From NCBI GenBank assembly GCA_015064255.1, contig SVSP01000006.1, forward strand, positions 4,007-68,006: a DNA stretch of 64,000 bases, given 5' to 3'. This DNA is from Oscillospiraceae bacterium. GTDB lineage: Bacteria > Bacillota > Clostridia > Oscillospirales > CAG-272. The translations under genes and the position numbers were made by a program. Of the stretch, positions 47,153-58,112 are shown piece after piece (the stretch's first letter is position 1; each line of letters opens with the position of its first letter). The notes beneath the pieces were generated by a model. The model made no database searches. It was not told the DNA's origin and was given only the letters and a program-made list of their open reading frames with translations.

Positions 47153-49159
47153 ATGAAAAAAAATACATTTTCCACCTCAAAAACGGCCCTCAAAAAAACG
47201 GCAAAAATATTTGGAAATTGGCATATAGTTGCAGTACTTTTGATGTTATATGACTTGGCTGTTTTTGTAGGGGCGTATTTTCTTGCTTTGTGGCTCAGAT
47301 TTGATTGTCACTTTTCGGAAATACCGAATGATTATTTAGCGGCATGGTTAAAATTTTCACCGATATATGCTATAATAAGTTTATTTGTCTTTTGGAAAGC
47401 GCGTCTTTATCAAAGTATATGGCGCTTTGCAAGCTTTATTGAATTAGAAAGAGTTGCCATAAGTACGGCAATTTTAGGTCTGATTCATAGTGTAGGTATT
47501 ACGCTTTTATTTAAGAGAATGCCTATTACATATTATATTATCGGAATTGCGATTCAATTTTTGCTTATTATAATTATTAGATTTGCATACAGATTTGTTT
47601 TGCTTGAACGGGCCAAAAGAGGAAGAGCTCTGCAAAAGGCCATGGCGAGTCGTGTCATGCTAATTGGAGCAGGCGTAGCGGGACAAATGATATTACGTGA
47701 TCTGCACGGTGCTAAAGAGGTTAATGATCGTGTGTACTGTATCATTGACGATGACAGCAATAAGTGGGGACGTTTTATTGACGGAGTTCCGGTCGTGGGC
47801 GGTAGAGATGATATTCTTCTGAATGTAGAAAAATACAGAATAGAGAAAATCTTTTTAACAATTCCAAGCGCTACGGCAGAACAACGTCGTGATATACTCG
47901 ATATTTGCAAGGAAACAAATTGTGAGTTAAAAACAACACACTGTGCCTACGCCCTTGCTTCTTGCGACGTCACTGCGAAATCCATGAAAGATGTGGCAGT
48001 AGAGGATCTGCTGGGTCGCGATCCTATTGAAGTAAATATGGACGAGATTTATAAGTTTATCGCAGGTAAAGTCATTATGGTTACAGGTGGAGGAGGATCC
48101 ATCGGAAGTGAGCTTTGCAGACAAATTGCTAAACGAAACCCTAAACAACTTATCGTTTTTGATATTTACGAAAATAACGCTCATGCGATTGCATTGGAGT
48201 TGAAAGATGAATTTCCGGAGTTAAACCTTGCGGTTCTGATCGGTTCTGTTCGCGATAGCAAACGTATAAATCAAGTATTTGCAAAATTCAAGCCCGATAT
48301 TGTATACCATGCTGCTGCACATAAACACGTACCTCTGATGGAGGATAGTCCTTGCGAATCAATAAAAAATAATGCTATTGGAACTTACAAAACAGCGTAT
48401 GCTGCTATGGTGAACAAATGCTCGAGATTTGTACTCATCTCAACGGATAAAGCAGTAAATCCTACCAACATTATGGGCGCATCAAAACGAATTTGTGAAA
48501 TGATCATTCAGTCGTTTGACAGAAAAATCAGAGACGGAAGCACAAATGATCTGTTGCCTATCAGTTTGCACGAGGAAAATGATAATGTGTATCTCGATAC
48601 CCAGCTCCCCTTTGCTGAGTTTAAAACCGAATTTGTCGCTGTACGCTTTGGTAATGTACTTGGAAGCAACGGCTCTGTCGTTCCGAGATTTAAGGATCAG
48701 ATTGCCAAAGGAGGACCGGTTACGGTTACTCACCCTGATATAATCAGGTATTTTATGACAATACCGGAAGCTGCGTCTCTTGTGCTTCAAGCAGGAACAT
48801 ATGCAGACGGCGGCGAGATATTTGTCCTTGACATGGGAGATCCGGTTCATATTGATGCACTTGCCAGAAATTTGATTCGACTGTCTGGCTTACAACCGGA
48901 CGTTGACATTAAAATATCTTATACCGGACTTCGCGCAGGGGAGAAACTTTACGAAGAAAAGCTGATGTCCGAAGAAGGATTGAAGACTACTCCAAACAGG
49001 CTTATTCATATAGGTAGCCCGATACCGTTTGATACGGATAAATTTTTAAACGCTTTAAAAAAACTGATGGCCGCTGCATACGAAGGGGAGGAGGAGGTTA
49101 TCCGATCTCTCGTCGCAGAGGTTGTACCTACATACCGTCCGTATTATGAGGAGAACTAG
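47153..49159 (+). CDS. UDP-GlcNAc 4,6-dehydratase (CapD/PglF family)
   Basis: N-terminal TMs; EDLLGR, TGGGGSIGSEL, HAAAHKHVP, STDKAVNPTNIMGASK, RFGNVLGSNGSV. Confidence 0.93.
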   Translation: MKKNTFSTSKTALKKTAKIFGNWHIVAVLLMLYDLAVFVGAYFLALWLRFDCHFSEIPNDYLAAWLKFSPIYAIISLFVFWKARLYQSIWRFASFIELERVAISTAILGLIHSVGITLLFKRMPITYYIIGIAIQFLLIIIIRFAYRFVLLERAKRGRALQKAMASRVMLIGAGVAGQMILRDLHGAKEVNDRVYCIIDDDSNKWGRFIDGVPVVGGRDDILLNVEKYRIEKIFLTIPSATAEQRRDILDICKETNCELKTTHCAYALASCDVTAKSMKDVAVEDLLGRDPIEVNMDEIYKFIAGKVIMVTGGGGSIGSELCRQIAKRNPKQLIVFDIYENNAHAIALELKDEFPELNLAVLIGSVRDSKRINQVFAKFKPDIVYHAAAHKHVPLMEDSPCESIKNNAIGTYKTAYAAMVNKCSRFVLISTDKAVNPTNIMGASKRICEMIIQSFDRKIRDGSTNDLLPISLHEENDNVYLDTQLPFAEFKTEFVAVRFGNVLGSNGSVVPRFKDQIAKGGPVTVTHPDIIRYFMTIPEAASLVLQAGTYADGGEIFVLDMGDPVHIDALARNLIRLSGLQPDVDIKISYTGLRAGEKLYEEKLMSEEGLKTTPNRLIHIGSPIPFDTDKFLNALKKLMAAAYEGEEEVIRSLVAEVVPTYRPYYEEN

Positions 49160-49211
49160 CAAAACAACAGAATATAGTCTGTGATTTAAATAACGTAAGA
49201 GAGATGTGTGT

Positions 49212-50465
49212 ATGAAAATAAATACATTCCAAAATAAAGTATGGCTTGCATCCCCCACAATGCATGGCGATGAAATGAAATACATCAAGCAGGCATATGA
49301 TACTAACTGGATGAGTACAGTTGGCGAAAATATTAACGAGGTAGAGCGCATTGCTGCACAAAAGGCAGAAATGAAATATGCAGTTGCGCTGTCTTGTGGC
49401 ACATCAGCACTTCATTTAGCGCTGAAACATGCAGGTGAATCACTTTATGGTAAGCCTGCGATTGTGCGCGGCGCTCTGGACGGTAAGAGGGTGTTTTGTT
49501 CTGATATGACATTTGTTGCCACGCTGAATCCCGTTGTTTATGAGGGCGGAATTCCTGTATTTATTGATATAGAGGAAGAAACTTGGAATATGGATCCCGA
49601 GGCTCTCGAAAAAGCATTTGAAATATATCCCGAGGTTAAGATAGTAGTTTCGGTTGAACTGTATGGTTTCCCCGGAAGAATGGATTTAATCAGAGAAATC
49701 TGTAAAAAGCACGGTGCTATTCTTATCGAAGATGCAGCGGAAGCTATGGGCGCTACTGTTTGCGGTAAACAGTGCGGATCATTTGGAGACTATTCCGTAC
49801 TTAGCTATAATGGAAATAAGATAATTACAGGCTCAGCAGGTGGTTGTCTTTTGACAAATAATCCCGAAATCGCTAATAAAATTAGGAAATGGTCAACTCA
49901 GGCAAGAGAAAACGCTCCTTGGTATCAACACGAGGAGATCGGGTATAACTATCGCATGAGTAACGTAGTTGCCGGGGTTATTCGTGGGCAGTATGCATAT
50001 CTTGAAGATCACATTTCAAAAAAGAAAACAATTTACGAGCGTTACAAGGAAGGTCTTAAATACCTACCCATACAGATGAATCCTATTGTCGACGGTACAG
50101 AGCCTAACTACTGGCTTTCGTGTATGACGATAGATAAAGACTATATGTGTAAGCAGGTAAGGGGAAATACTACGGTGTTTTATGAAAAGGAACAGGGCAA
50201 AACCTGTCCTACTGAAATTCTTGAAATGCTGGAGAAATATAATGCAGAGGGACGCCCTATCTGGAAGCCTATGCATATGCAACCGATATACCGCTCACAT
50301 GAATTTATAACACGTGAATACAATATGCGCGGAAATTTAACTGCGCAGCAAAACAAAGACGTGAGCGCGAATATTTTTGAACGCGGAGTATGCTTACCGA
50401 GCGATAATAAGATGTCAGAGGACGAGCAAAATATTATAATTGAAATTATTAAAAGCTGTTTTTAA
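49212..50465 (+). CDS. DegT/DnrJ/EryC1/StrS aminotransferase (PglE/EpsN-like)
   Basis: GTSALHLA, IEDAAEA, SYNGNKIIT, GYNYRMSN, RPIWKPMH, CLPS. Confidence 0.92.
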   Translation: MKINTFQNKVWLASPTMHGDEMKYIKQAYDTNWMSTVGENINEVERIAAQKAEMKYAVALSCGTSALHLALKHAGESLYGKPAIVRGALDGKRVFCSDMTFVATLNPVVYEGGIPVFIDIEEETWNMDPEALEKAFEIYPEVKIVVSVELYGFPGRMDLIREICKKHGAILIEDAAEAMGATVCGKQCGSFGDYSVLSYNGNKIITGSAGGCLLTNNPEIANKIRKWSTQARENAPWYQHEEIGYNYRMSNVVAGVIRGQYAYLEDHISKKKTIYERYKEGLKYLPIQMNPIVDGTEPNYWLSCMTIDKDYMCKQVRGNTTVFYEKEQGKTCPTEILEMLEKYNAEGRPIWKPMHMQPIYRSHEFITREYNMRGNLTAQQNKDVSANIFERGVCLPSDNKMSEDEQNIIIEIIKSCF

Positions 50466-50482
50466 CGAGGATAAAGGTACTT

Positions 50483-51136
50483 ATGAAGCATAAAAAAGGG
50501 TTCTACGAAAAATATATAAAGTGTCCTCAAGACTTCGTGTTGGCACTATTTGCTTTAATTGTTTTGAGTCCGATTTTACTCGTAATTGCTATTACTGTAA
50601 AGATAAAGCTTGGTTCACCTGTTATATTCAGACAAGATCGACCGGGACTCAACGGAAAGGTGTTCAGACTTTATAAATTCCGAACCATGAGCGATGAAAA
50701 AGACGAAAACGGTGAGCTTTTACCGGACGAAGTACGACTTGGAAAATTCGGCAAATTTTTGAGAAGTACGTCGCTTGATGAGCTTCCTTCGCTTATAAAC
50801 GTTTTGCGTTTAGAGCTTTCGCTTGTTGGTCCTCGCCCGCTTTTAGTGAAATATTTATCAAGATATAACGATCATCAATCACGTCGACACGAGGTAAGAC
50901 CGGGGTTTACCGGTTATGCGCAGGTAAACGGCAGAAATGCTATCAGCTGGGAAGAAAAATTCGACTATGACGTTCAGTATGTAGATAATATTACTTTTGT
51001 CGGGGATTGGAAAATCATCTTTAAAACTGTTGTAAAAGTGTTTAAACGCGACGGAATTACCTCTGATACTTCTGTTACAATGGAAGAGTTTATGGGTAGC
51101 GCGCAAACTGCGGAAAACACGAATAAGCTTCGTTGA
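50483..51136 (+). CDS. Initiating phosphoglycosyl transferase (PglC/EpsL-like)
   Basis: KFRTM, RSTSLDELP, SLVGPRP, PG.TGYAQVNGRN. Confidence 0.92.
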   Translation: MKHKKGFYEKYIKCPQDFVLALFALIVLSPILLVIAITVKIKLGSPVIFRQDRPGLNGKVFRLYKFRTMSDEKDENGELLPDEVRLGKFGKFLRSTSLDELPSLINVLRLELSLVGPRPLLVKYLSRYNDHQSRRHEVRPGFTGYAQVNGRNAISWEEKFDYDVQYVDNITFVGDWKIIFKTVVKVFKRDGITSDTSVTMEEFMGSAQTAENTNKLR

Positions 51137-51150
51137 CGGAGGAATATAAA

Positions 51151-52134
51151 ATGAAAATATTATTTACAAGCGTCGGCCGCCGAGTTGAGCTTATCGAAAC
51201 TTTTCGTAATGCGGCTGATAGGCTGGGAATAGATCTGTCGATTATAGGAGCCGACATAGCCGAAGATGCTCCGGCACTGTATTTTTGTGATGAAACAAAA
51301 ATTGTTTGCCCGATAAAAAATCAAAACTATATTTCACAGCTTTTAGAGATCTGCCAAAATGAACATGTTGACTGTCTGATACCGACTATTGACACAGATC
51401 TTTTACTTCTCGCGGAAAATAAAGGGATTTTTGAATCAATTGACACAAAAGTTTTGATCTCGTCGGTCGATAAGGTAAAGCTTTGTAGAGATAAGAATTA
51501 TACTTCTGATTATTTTACTCGGCTCGGATTGAAATCTCCGATATCTGTAAATAGTGTAGAGAAATATGAGGAAGCCTTGAACGCGGGTACTCTTTCTTTT
51601 CCTGCGTTTATAAAACCATATAACGGAAGCTCCAGTATAAATGCCTATAAAGTAAATAATATAGATGACTTGAAATCGTATGCAAAAAAAATAAAAAACT
51701 ACGTTATTCAACCATTTGTTAGCGGTAAAGAATATACAGTTGATATTTTTTGTGATTACAAAGGAAATCCCGTATATATTACTCCGCGTGAACGTCTGGC
51801 AGTGCGCGCCGGAGAGGTTTTGAAAACTAAAATCACGCAAGATGATACTATTATTTCTGATATGCTGAAGCTTGTTTCTGATTATAAGCCTTGCGGTCAG
51901 ATTACGGTACAGCTTATTAAAGAGGAAAGTACGGGGGAAAATTACTATATAGAAATTAACCCTCGTTTTGGCGGAGGAGCACCGCTTAGCATTAAAGCGG
52001 GCGCAGATAGCGCGATGGCTGTTCTGAAAATGTTAAACGGCGTTGATCTTGAATATGAAAGCAAAGCAGCTAAGGATGGAGCAATTTACAGTCGTTTTGA
52101 TCAAAGTATTTGTATAAACGGAGATCATGTATGA
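51151..52134 (+). CDS. ATP-grasp domain ligase
   Basis: [33 protein letters not shown]; SD GGAGG before ATG 51151. Confidence 0.88.
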   Translation: MKILFTSVGRRVELIETFRNAADRLGIDLSIIGADIAEDAPALYFCDETKIVCPIKNQNYISQLLEICQNEHVDCLIPTIDTDLLLLAENKGIFESIDTKVLISSVDKVKLCRDKNYTSDYFTRLGLKSPISVNSVEKYEEALNAGTLSFPAFIKPYNGSSSINAYKVNNIDDLKSYAKKIKNYVIQPFVSGKEYTVDIFCDYKGNPVYITPRERLAVRAGEVLKTKITQDDTIISDMLKLVSDYKPCGQITVQLIKEESTGENYYIEINPRFGGGAPLSIKAGADSAMAVLKMLNGVDLEYESKAAKDGAIYSRFDQSICINGDHV

Positions 52135-53216
52135 TTAGAGTTCTTCACATAGTTGGCTCGCTTGGTTATGCGGGACTTGAAGCGGTTGTAATGAATTATT
52201 ACAGAAATATTGATAATAATCAAGTGCAGTTTGACTTTATATCTTGTTCTCCTGAAAAGCAGCGTTATGATGATGAAATCATCGAAAAGGGTGGGAAAAT
52301 ATATAGACTTCCGTCCAGAAACAGACACCCTTTTGCATATATGCGTGAGCTAAAAAAGATAATAAATAAAAATAAATATAGTGTTATACATATTCACCAA
52401 AATAGTGCAAGTATGCTTATGGATGCAGTTGTTGCAAAATACTGCGGTGTAGATACGATAATTGGACATTCGCACAACACACGGTGTAACGTTTTATGGC
52501 AGCATTATTTGTTCAGACCGTTCGTAAACCTTTTTTTGACACACCGTTTTGCATGCTCAAGCGAGGCGGGTAAATGGGTTTTTGGCAATAGAAATGATAT
52601 AATGATTTTTAGTAATGCTATAGACGTACCGACGTACCGCTTCAACGGTCTTATAAGGAATGAGTATCGAAAAAATTTCAGCTTGGAAGATAGCTTTGTT
52701 GTCGGTTTTGTCGGAAGACTGCACGAGCAAAAGAATTTGTACAGATTTTTAGACACGTGTTGCGCGTTAAAAAAACAAAAAAATAACGCAAAATTTGTTA
52801 TAGTCGGTGAAGGACCTCAGGAAGCAGAGCTTAAAGAGTATGCTGAGAAAATAGGTATAATAGATGACCTTCTTCTACTCGGAAAGAGAGATGATGTTCC
52901 ATCTGTAATGATGGCATTTGACGTATTTCTTTTTCCTTCGCTATATGAAGGACTGGGGCTTGTTGCAGTCGAAGCGCAAGCCACAGGACTGCCGTGCGTT
53001 GTGTCTGATGAAGTACCCGCCCCGAACCTAACAGGACTCGAAATTAAATTAAGTTTGGATGAAAGCAGTGAGTTTTGGGCGGAGAGTATTCTTAATGTTA
53101 AGACATTTGAAAAACGCGAAGATGCAATAGAGTACATTACCTCAGGAGGATATGATATAGAACTAGAAGCAGTAAAGCTTCAAGAATTTTATTTGTATAT
53201 AACGAAAAATGGATAA
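52131..53216 (+). CDS. GT4 glycosyltransferase (EpsF-like)
   Basis: [32 protein letters not shown]. Confidence 0.9.
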   Translation: MIRVLHIVGSLGYAGLEAVVMNYYRNIDNNQVQFDFISCSPEKQRYDDEIIEKGGKIYRLPSRNRHPFAYMRELKKIINKNKYSVIHIHQNSASMLMDAVVAKYCGVDTIIGHSHNTRCNVLWQHYLFRPFVNLFLTHRFACSSEAGKWVFGNRNDIMIFSNAIDVPTYRFNGLIRNEYRKNFSLEDSFVVGFVGRLHEQKNLYRFLDTCCALKKQKNNAKFVIVGEGPQEAELKEYAEKIGIIDDLLLLGKRDDVPSVMMAFDVFLFPSLYEGLGLVAVEAQATGLPCVVSDEVPAPNLTGLEIKLSLDESSEFWAESILNVKTFEKREDAIEYITSGGYDIELEAVKLQEFYLYITKNG

Positions 53217-53853
53217 CATTATGATAACAGTAGAGCGAATAAGCGATGTCTGCGAGCACTTGAAAGATATAAAGGCGGTAATTTTTGACTTAGACGATAC
53301 TTTGTACAGCGAAAAAGAATACGTTCGAAGCGGTTTTAAGGCGATTGCAAACGAATTGACGCAGGTCGAAAATGCAGAGGAAAAGCTGTGGATTGCATTT
53401 CAAAGCAGTAAGTCCGCGATAGATGATGTTTTGAGTAGAGAGGGTATTTTTTCTGAAGAGTTAAAGCAGAAGTGTTTAACTGTATACCGCTTACATAACC
53501 CCGATATTCATTTACATAAAGGCTGTAAAGAGTTGCTTGAAAAGTTACGTTTTGAAGGATATAAACTAGGTATTATTACAGACGGAAGACCGCAGGGACA
53601 ACGCGCCAAAATAGAGGCATTAGGGTTATATGAATTAGTAGATCATATTATAGTAACCGACGAGCTTGGCGGTGTAGAGTATCGTAAACCCAATAAGGCG
53701 GCGTATGTGAAAATGAGAGAGCTTCTTGATGTAGCGTACGAGGAAATGTGTTACATCGGTGATAATATTAATAAGGATTTTACTGCCGCGAAGAGTCTGG
53801 GAATTAGGAGTATTTGGTTTAAAAACACCAATGGATTGTACTATTATTGCTGA
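53209..53853 (+). CDS. HAD family hydrolase/phosphatase
   Basis: FDLDDTL, ITDG, KP, YIGDN..KD. Confidence 0.9.
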   Translation: MDNIMITVERISDVCEHLKDIKAVIFDLDDTLYSEKEYVRSGFKAIANELTQVENAEEKLWIAFQSSKSAIDDVLSREGIFSEELKQKCLTVYRLHNPDIHLHKGCKELLEKLRFEGYKLGIITDGRPQGQRAKIEALGLYELVDHIIVTDELGGVEYRKPNKAAYVKMRELLDVAYEEMCYIGDNINKDFTAAKSLGIRSIWFKNTNGLYYYC

Positions 53854-53906
53854 AAATATAGTTTGTTTCAAATTATTTTCCGAACACATGGTATAAGGAG
53901 TATGAT

Positions 53907-55019
53907 ATGAAAATTTTATACGTTACAACCGTTGGCGCAACTATGACTTTTTTCAATAAATTTATTGAAGAGCTTATTCAATGCGGACATACTGTGGATA
54001 TTGCAACAAATGAGTCGCATTCGAAGGTTCCTGCGTGTTATCACAAATTCGGTTGCAAAATTTATCAGATCGATACTTCTCGTTCTCCATTAAATAAGGG
54101 TAATTTTACAGCGATAAAGCAGATAAAACGCATTGTCAGAGAGAATAAATATGATATCGTTCATTGTCATACTCCGCTTGCTGCTATGTGTACCCGACTT
54201 GCTTGTGAAAAATTGAGAAAAAATGGTGTTAAAGTAATTTATACTGCTCACGGATTCCATTTTTACAAGGGAGCGCCATTGAAAAATTGGCTTGTTTACT
54301 ATCCGATAGAAAAACTTTGCTCTCATTTTACCGACGTTTTGATTACGATGAATAATGAGGATTACGCTTTGGCAGAAAAGAAAATGAAGGCGAAAAGGGT
54401 TGAGTATGTGCCGGGCGTAGGTGTTGATATAGAAAAATTTTCTAAGCAGACAATAGATAAGACAGCTAAACGCAGAGAACTCGGCATTCCTGAAGATGCA
54501 GTGGTGCTTTTGTCAGTAGGTGAATTGATCGTTAGAAAGAACCACGAAACGGTTATACGCGCCGTTTCCTCTATGGGTGCCTACTACCTGATTGCAGGAG
54601 AGGGAAGACTGGATAAGCATCTTCAAGCTGTTATTAACACGCTTGGAGTGAGTGATAAAGTTAAGCTTCTCGGACATCGAGATGATGTTAAGGAGCTTTA
54701 TGAAATGGCGGATGTTTTTGTTTTTCCATCGTTTCAAGAAGGCTTACCTGTTTCTGTCATGGAGGCCATGGCAAGCGGTTTGCCGATCGTTTGCAGTAAT
54801 ATTCGAGGAAACGTTGATTTAATTGATGAAAAGGGCGGCGTGCTGTTTAATCCGCACGATGTAAACGATTGTAAATACGCGCTTGAAAAATTTAGGTTCT
54901 CAAACCCAAAAGAAATGGGAGAGTATAATAGGGAAAAGGTAAAAGCTTTTTCGTTAAAACGTGTAAACGATCAAATGTCCGTTATAATCGGAGAGTGTTT
55001 GAATGAAAAATATAAATAA
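53907..55019 (+). CDS. GT4 glycosyltransferase (EpsD-like)
   Basis: HCHTP, YTAHGFHF, PGVGVD, EGLPVSVMEAMA. Confidence 0.9.
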   Translation: MKILYVTTVGATMTFFNKFIEELIQCGHTVDIATNESHSKVPACYHKFGCKIYQIDTSRSPLNKGNFTAIKQIKRIVRENKYDIVHCHTPLAAMCTRLACEKLRKNGVKVIYTAHGFHFYKGAPLKNWLVYYPIEKLCSHFTDVLITMNNEDYALAEKKMKAKRVEYVPGVGVDIEKFSKQTIDKTAKRRELGIPEDAVVLLSVGELIVRKNHETVIRAVSSMGAYYLIAGEGRLDKHLQAVINTLGVSDKVKLLGHRDDVKELYEMADVFVFPSFQEGLPVSVMEAMASGLPIVCSNIRGNVDLIDEKGGVLFNPHDVNDCKYALEKFRFSNPKEMGEYNREKVKAFSLKRVNDQMSVIIGECLNEKYK

Positions 55020-56166
55020 AAATAAAGCAGTTAGTGTTTGTATCCTTCGCTCTAATCCTGTAAGACCGGATTCGCGTGTTGAAAAAGAGGCTTGGGCGCT
55101 TGCGAAGGCGGGATACAGTGTTCATATATTAGCATGGGACAGAGATACAAACGAACTTGAATGTCAAGATTATGTATCTGTAGCAGACATTAAGATACCC
55201 ATAACGCGGCTTGGGCATAAGGCCACTTACGGGGAAGGAATAAAAAATCTTGGATCTTATTTGAAATTTCAGTTTCATATGAGAAAATGGCTCAAAACTA
55301 ACAAGTTTGATATTATACACGCTTGTGATTTTGATACCGCTCTCTTTTCGCGCGGCGTTGCTAAAAGAACAAAAGCTAAATTTGTGTTTGATATTTTTGA
55401 TTTTTTGGCGGGAGAACCTTCAAATCTACTACAGTATATCGTGAAAAAAACTCAGCTTTTTCTTATTGATTCGGCGGACGCAACAATAATTTGTACCGAC
55501 GAGCGCAAAAGACAAATAGCCGGAAGCAACCCTAAAAGGTTAACTGTTATTCATAACACTCCTGCGGAGGATCAGGTGGGAAGCTTCGAGTTTCCTTTAG
55601 TATCTGACGGTGGAGTGAAGATCGCATACGTCGGTATCCTGCAGGATTATCGTTTGCTAAAAGAGATAGCGGAAGCGGTAGCAGAGGCGGATCAGATCGA
55701 ACTTCATATAGCGGGCTTTGGCAAATATGAATCTTACTTTGAGCAAATGGATCAAAACCATAAAAACATTCACTTTTACGGAAGAATTTCTTATGATCAA
55801 ACCTTGAGCTTAGAGGCACAGTGCGACATCATGCTGGCAATTTACGACCCTTCTATTGAAAATCATCGTCTTGCAGCACCGAATAAATTCTATGAGAGCC
55901 TGATGCTTGGCAAACCACTTGTAATGGTTCGCAACACAGGAATGTCTTATGTGGTAGAGGAAAACTCTGTCGGAGTGCTTATAGATTATTCCAAAGAGGG
56001 CTTTGTCAGCGGAATAAATAAACTTATCGAAAGAAAAGGCGAATGGCATTCTATTGAAAAAAGAATGAAAGAGATATATCAGCATCAGCATTGTTGGAGT
56101 GAAATGGAAAGGCGACTGATACAGATGTATGCAGATTTACAAAATGAAAAAACTACTGATCGTTAA
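55003..56166 (+). CDS. GT4-like glycosyltransferase
   Basis: DSRVEKEA, HACDFDT, APNKFYE. Confidence 0.85.
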   Translation: MKNINKNKAVSVCILRSNPVRPDSRVEKEAWALAKAGYSVHILAWDRDTNELECQDYVSVADIKIPITRLGHKATYGEGIKNLGSYLKFQFHMRKWLKTNKFDIIHACDFDTALFSRGVAKRTKAKFVFDIFDFLAGEPSNLLQYIVKKTQLFLIDSADATIICTDERKRQIAGSNPKRLTVIHNTPAEDQVGSFEFPLVSDGGVKIAYVGILQDYRLLKEIAEAVAEADQIELHIAGFGKYESYFEQMDQNHKNIHFYGRISYDQTLSLEAQCDIMLAIYDPSIENHRLAAPNKFYESLMLGKPLVMVRNTGMSYVVEENSVGVLIDYSKEGFVSGINKLIERKGEWHSIEKRMKEIYQHQHCWSEMERRLIQMYADLQNEKTTDR

Positions 56167-56500
56167 TAATAATTTAGATATGGGTGGTATTCAAAAATCT
56201 TTGGTTAACCTTGTCAAAGAGGTTCACAGAGAATACGATATCAGCTTACTGCTTTTCAGTAAAAGTGGTTTACTTTTGAGTGAAATACCCGAAAATGTGA
56301 ATATTATCACTTTATCAAAGGTATATAGTACTTTAGGTTTGGATAAGAAATCTCTGAAAAAACAAAGACTTTTATTTGCGTTAAAAGCATTTCTGTTAGC
56401 ATATTCAAAAATATTTTCAAGGCGAAGTGCGATGAAGCTGATCGGACTTTTTCAAAAGAAAATTAGTGGATACGATACAGTTATAGCATGGATAACTTGA
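56144..56500 (+). pseudogene. N-terminal fragment of a glycosyltransferase, truncated at about 56488
   Basis: MKKLLIVNNNLDMGGIQKSL GT-B start; ends after YDTVIA where unrelated DNA begins. Confidence 0.8.
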
Positions 56501-56655
56501 ATTCGCAATGCCTAATTCAGCACACAAATGGTACTTCCACGTTTTATGGGGTGCGGTTAAACAACTATTTCCTTTCTAGTTCTTGCTCAAATCATAAGAT
56601 GTATTTCGGCACACTAAATGACATAAAGGTGTTTGTTGAAAACATAGGAAGGAGA

Positions 56656-57165
56656 GAGCAAAGAATCCTTGAGCTTCGTAAGAAGTTGGGTGCAAAGTTA
56701 ATAATGGGATGCGATAGCCACTACGTTATGGCTGACCAAGGACAGGCTCGTACCGACTTCCTCTTTTCTAAAGGACTTGAATATCCCGATGAAGAAGGGT
56801 GGTTTCTTGACTACCCTGATGGTGATACTGCTTACGAGCGATTTGCCAATCAATGTGTGTTGTCTCACGAGGAAATTCTTGAGGCAATGAACAACACGAA
56901 TATCTTTCTTGAAGTTGAGGAATATGATAGCCCGATTTTCAATGATGATATTAAACTGCCATCCTTATATCCGACTTGGACGCAGGCCGAAAAGAACAAA
57001 GAATACGAAAGGCTCGTTTGGGAAGGTTGGAGGGAATACCGAAAGTCAGTACCGCAAGAACGCTGGCCGGAGTACGAAGAAGAAATCCAGAAGGAAATGC
57101 AAGTTGTTATTGATACGTTTATGGCTGACTACTTCATCATTGACCACGCGGTTATGAAACGAGGA
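56656..57165 (+). pseudogene. Phage-type DNA polymerase III alpha (DnaE) fragment, PHP-to-core region
   Basis: LIMGCDSHY (PHP), IKLP, EM.VV.DT.MADYFIID...VMKRG. Confidence 0.8.
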
Positions 57166-57704
57166 ATCTCTTCACGAATACTTCCATCGTAAATGAGAGA
57201 CGAACAGGGGGCGATAGACCACGATGTGATAAGACCGAGGTACTCAGAGCTTCTGTCGTATATCTCGCGATATTCGCGACTGATGAATTTACCGATATCA
57301 ATGTCATCTTTTTCATCTTCGTCGGCGTGCTTTACCGCAAGCTCATAGCGCTTAATTTGCTCAGACACTGCGTTTGCAATCTCAAAAGGGATACCTTGCG
57401 ACTTGGCATACAGTTTCCACGCTGCGGACTTCTTCATCGTGCCGTATGCAATCATAGGATAAGAATGGTCTTGTCCAAGAATCTCCGCCTGCGCTTGTAC
57501 AAAAGGCGCGGTCGGTGCTTCGTTCATATCAATGTCGGGGATTCCCTTGCTTTGCAAGATACGGGTTGTACTCATAAAGCGCTCGGGGTACATATGCACG
57601 GAGGACGAAATTCTGTCCACATCAGAAAAGCCAAGTAGTGTATTCGTCAAGAAACTCGCGCCGCTTCCTCGTCCGCTCTTTGTGAGTTTGCCGCCAAGTT
57701 CCTT
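57166..57704 (-). pseudogene. Continuation of the DnaE fragment in inverted orientation
   Basis: KELGGKLTKSGRGSGASF...PERF...PDIDMN (catalytic DxD)...IREEI; no start or SD. Confidence 0.85.
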
Positions 57705-57836
57705 TGTTTAACCGAACTCAACCCAGAGGAAGTGGACGAAAATGGTGTCGGAAGAACCCTGACTTGCATTGGTTTCCGTCCGCTCCCCGATGAGCTTGCC
57801 CACCAAATCAGCCGAAAGTATCAGTTATATAGATAA
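57705..57836 (+). pseudogene. C-terminal remnant of a Pth2-type peptidyl-tRNA hydrolase
   Basis: CLTELNPEEVDENGVGRTLTCIGFRPLPDELAHQISRKYQLYR* resembles the Pth2 C-terminal TE...T.T.IG.GP...I....L pattern. Confidence 0.6.
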
Positions 57837-57847
57837 GGAGAGCCGCA

Positions 57848-58045
57848 ATGGCAAAGAACAATAATCACAAAAAGCTATTCCGTATGGATGAGTTTGGCAG
57901 AAGGTTCTATTGCCAACACGCAAGACTCAATCTGGTACGATATGATAAGAAACAAGCAAAAAAGAAAGCCCGGCAGGAGAATAAACGCCTGCCGAGCGAG
58001 GAAATCTACGATAATATCGGTGAAGAAATCGAGAATAATTCGTAG
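57848..58045 (+). CDS. Small basic hypothetical protein (probably phage-derived)
   Basis: SD AAGGAG; Lys/Arg-rich 65 aa; follows the Pth2 remnant. Confidence 0.5.
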   Translation: MAKNNNHKKLFRMDEFGRRFYCQHARLNLVRYDKKQAKKKARQENKRLPSEEIYDNIGEEIENNS

Positions 58046-58058
58046 AAAATTCGTAGAA
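58037..58058. repeat. Tandem 11-bp repeat AATTCGTAGAA (putative arm site)
   Basis: Two exact copies, about 110 bp from the 3' end of the minus-strand tRNA-Pro. Confidence 0.55.
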
Positions 58059-58112
58059 CGAGTGTTGTGAACTTAATACGAATAATTTGGCAATGTTAAA
58101 AATCACCAAAAG

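Noticed and set aside
56488-57704. Naturally split, intein-spliced DnaE
   Set aside because: No intein N-terminal Cys/Ser block and no His-Asn end. Neither piece has proper gene ends, and together they cover only part of DnaE.
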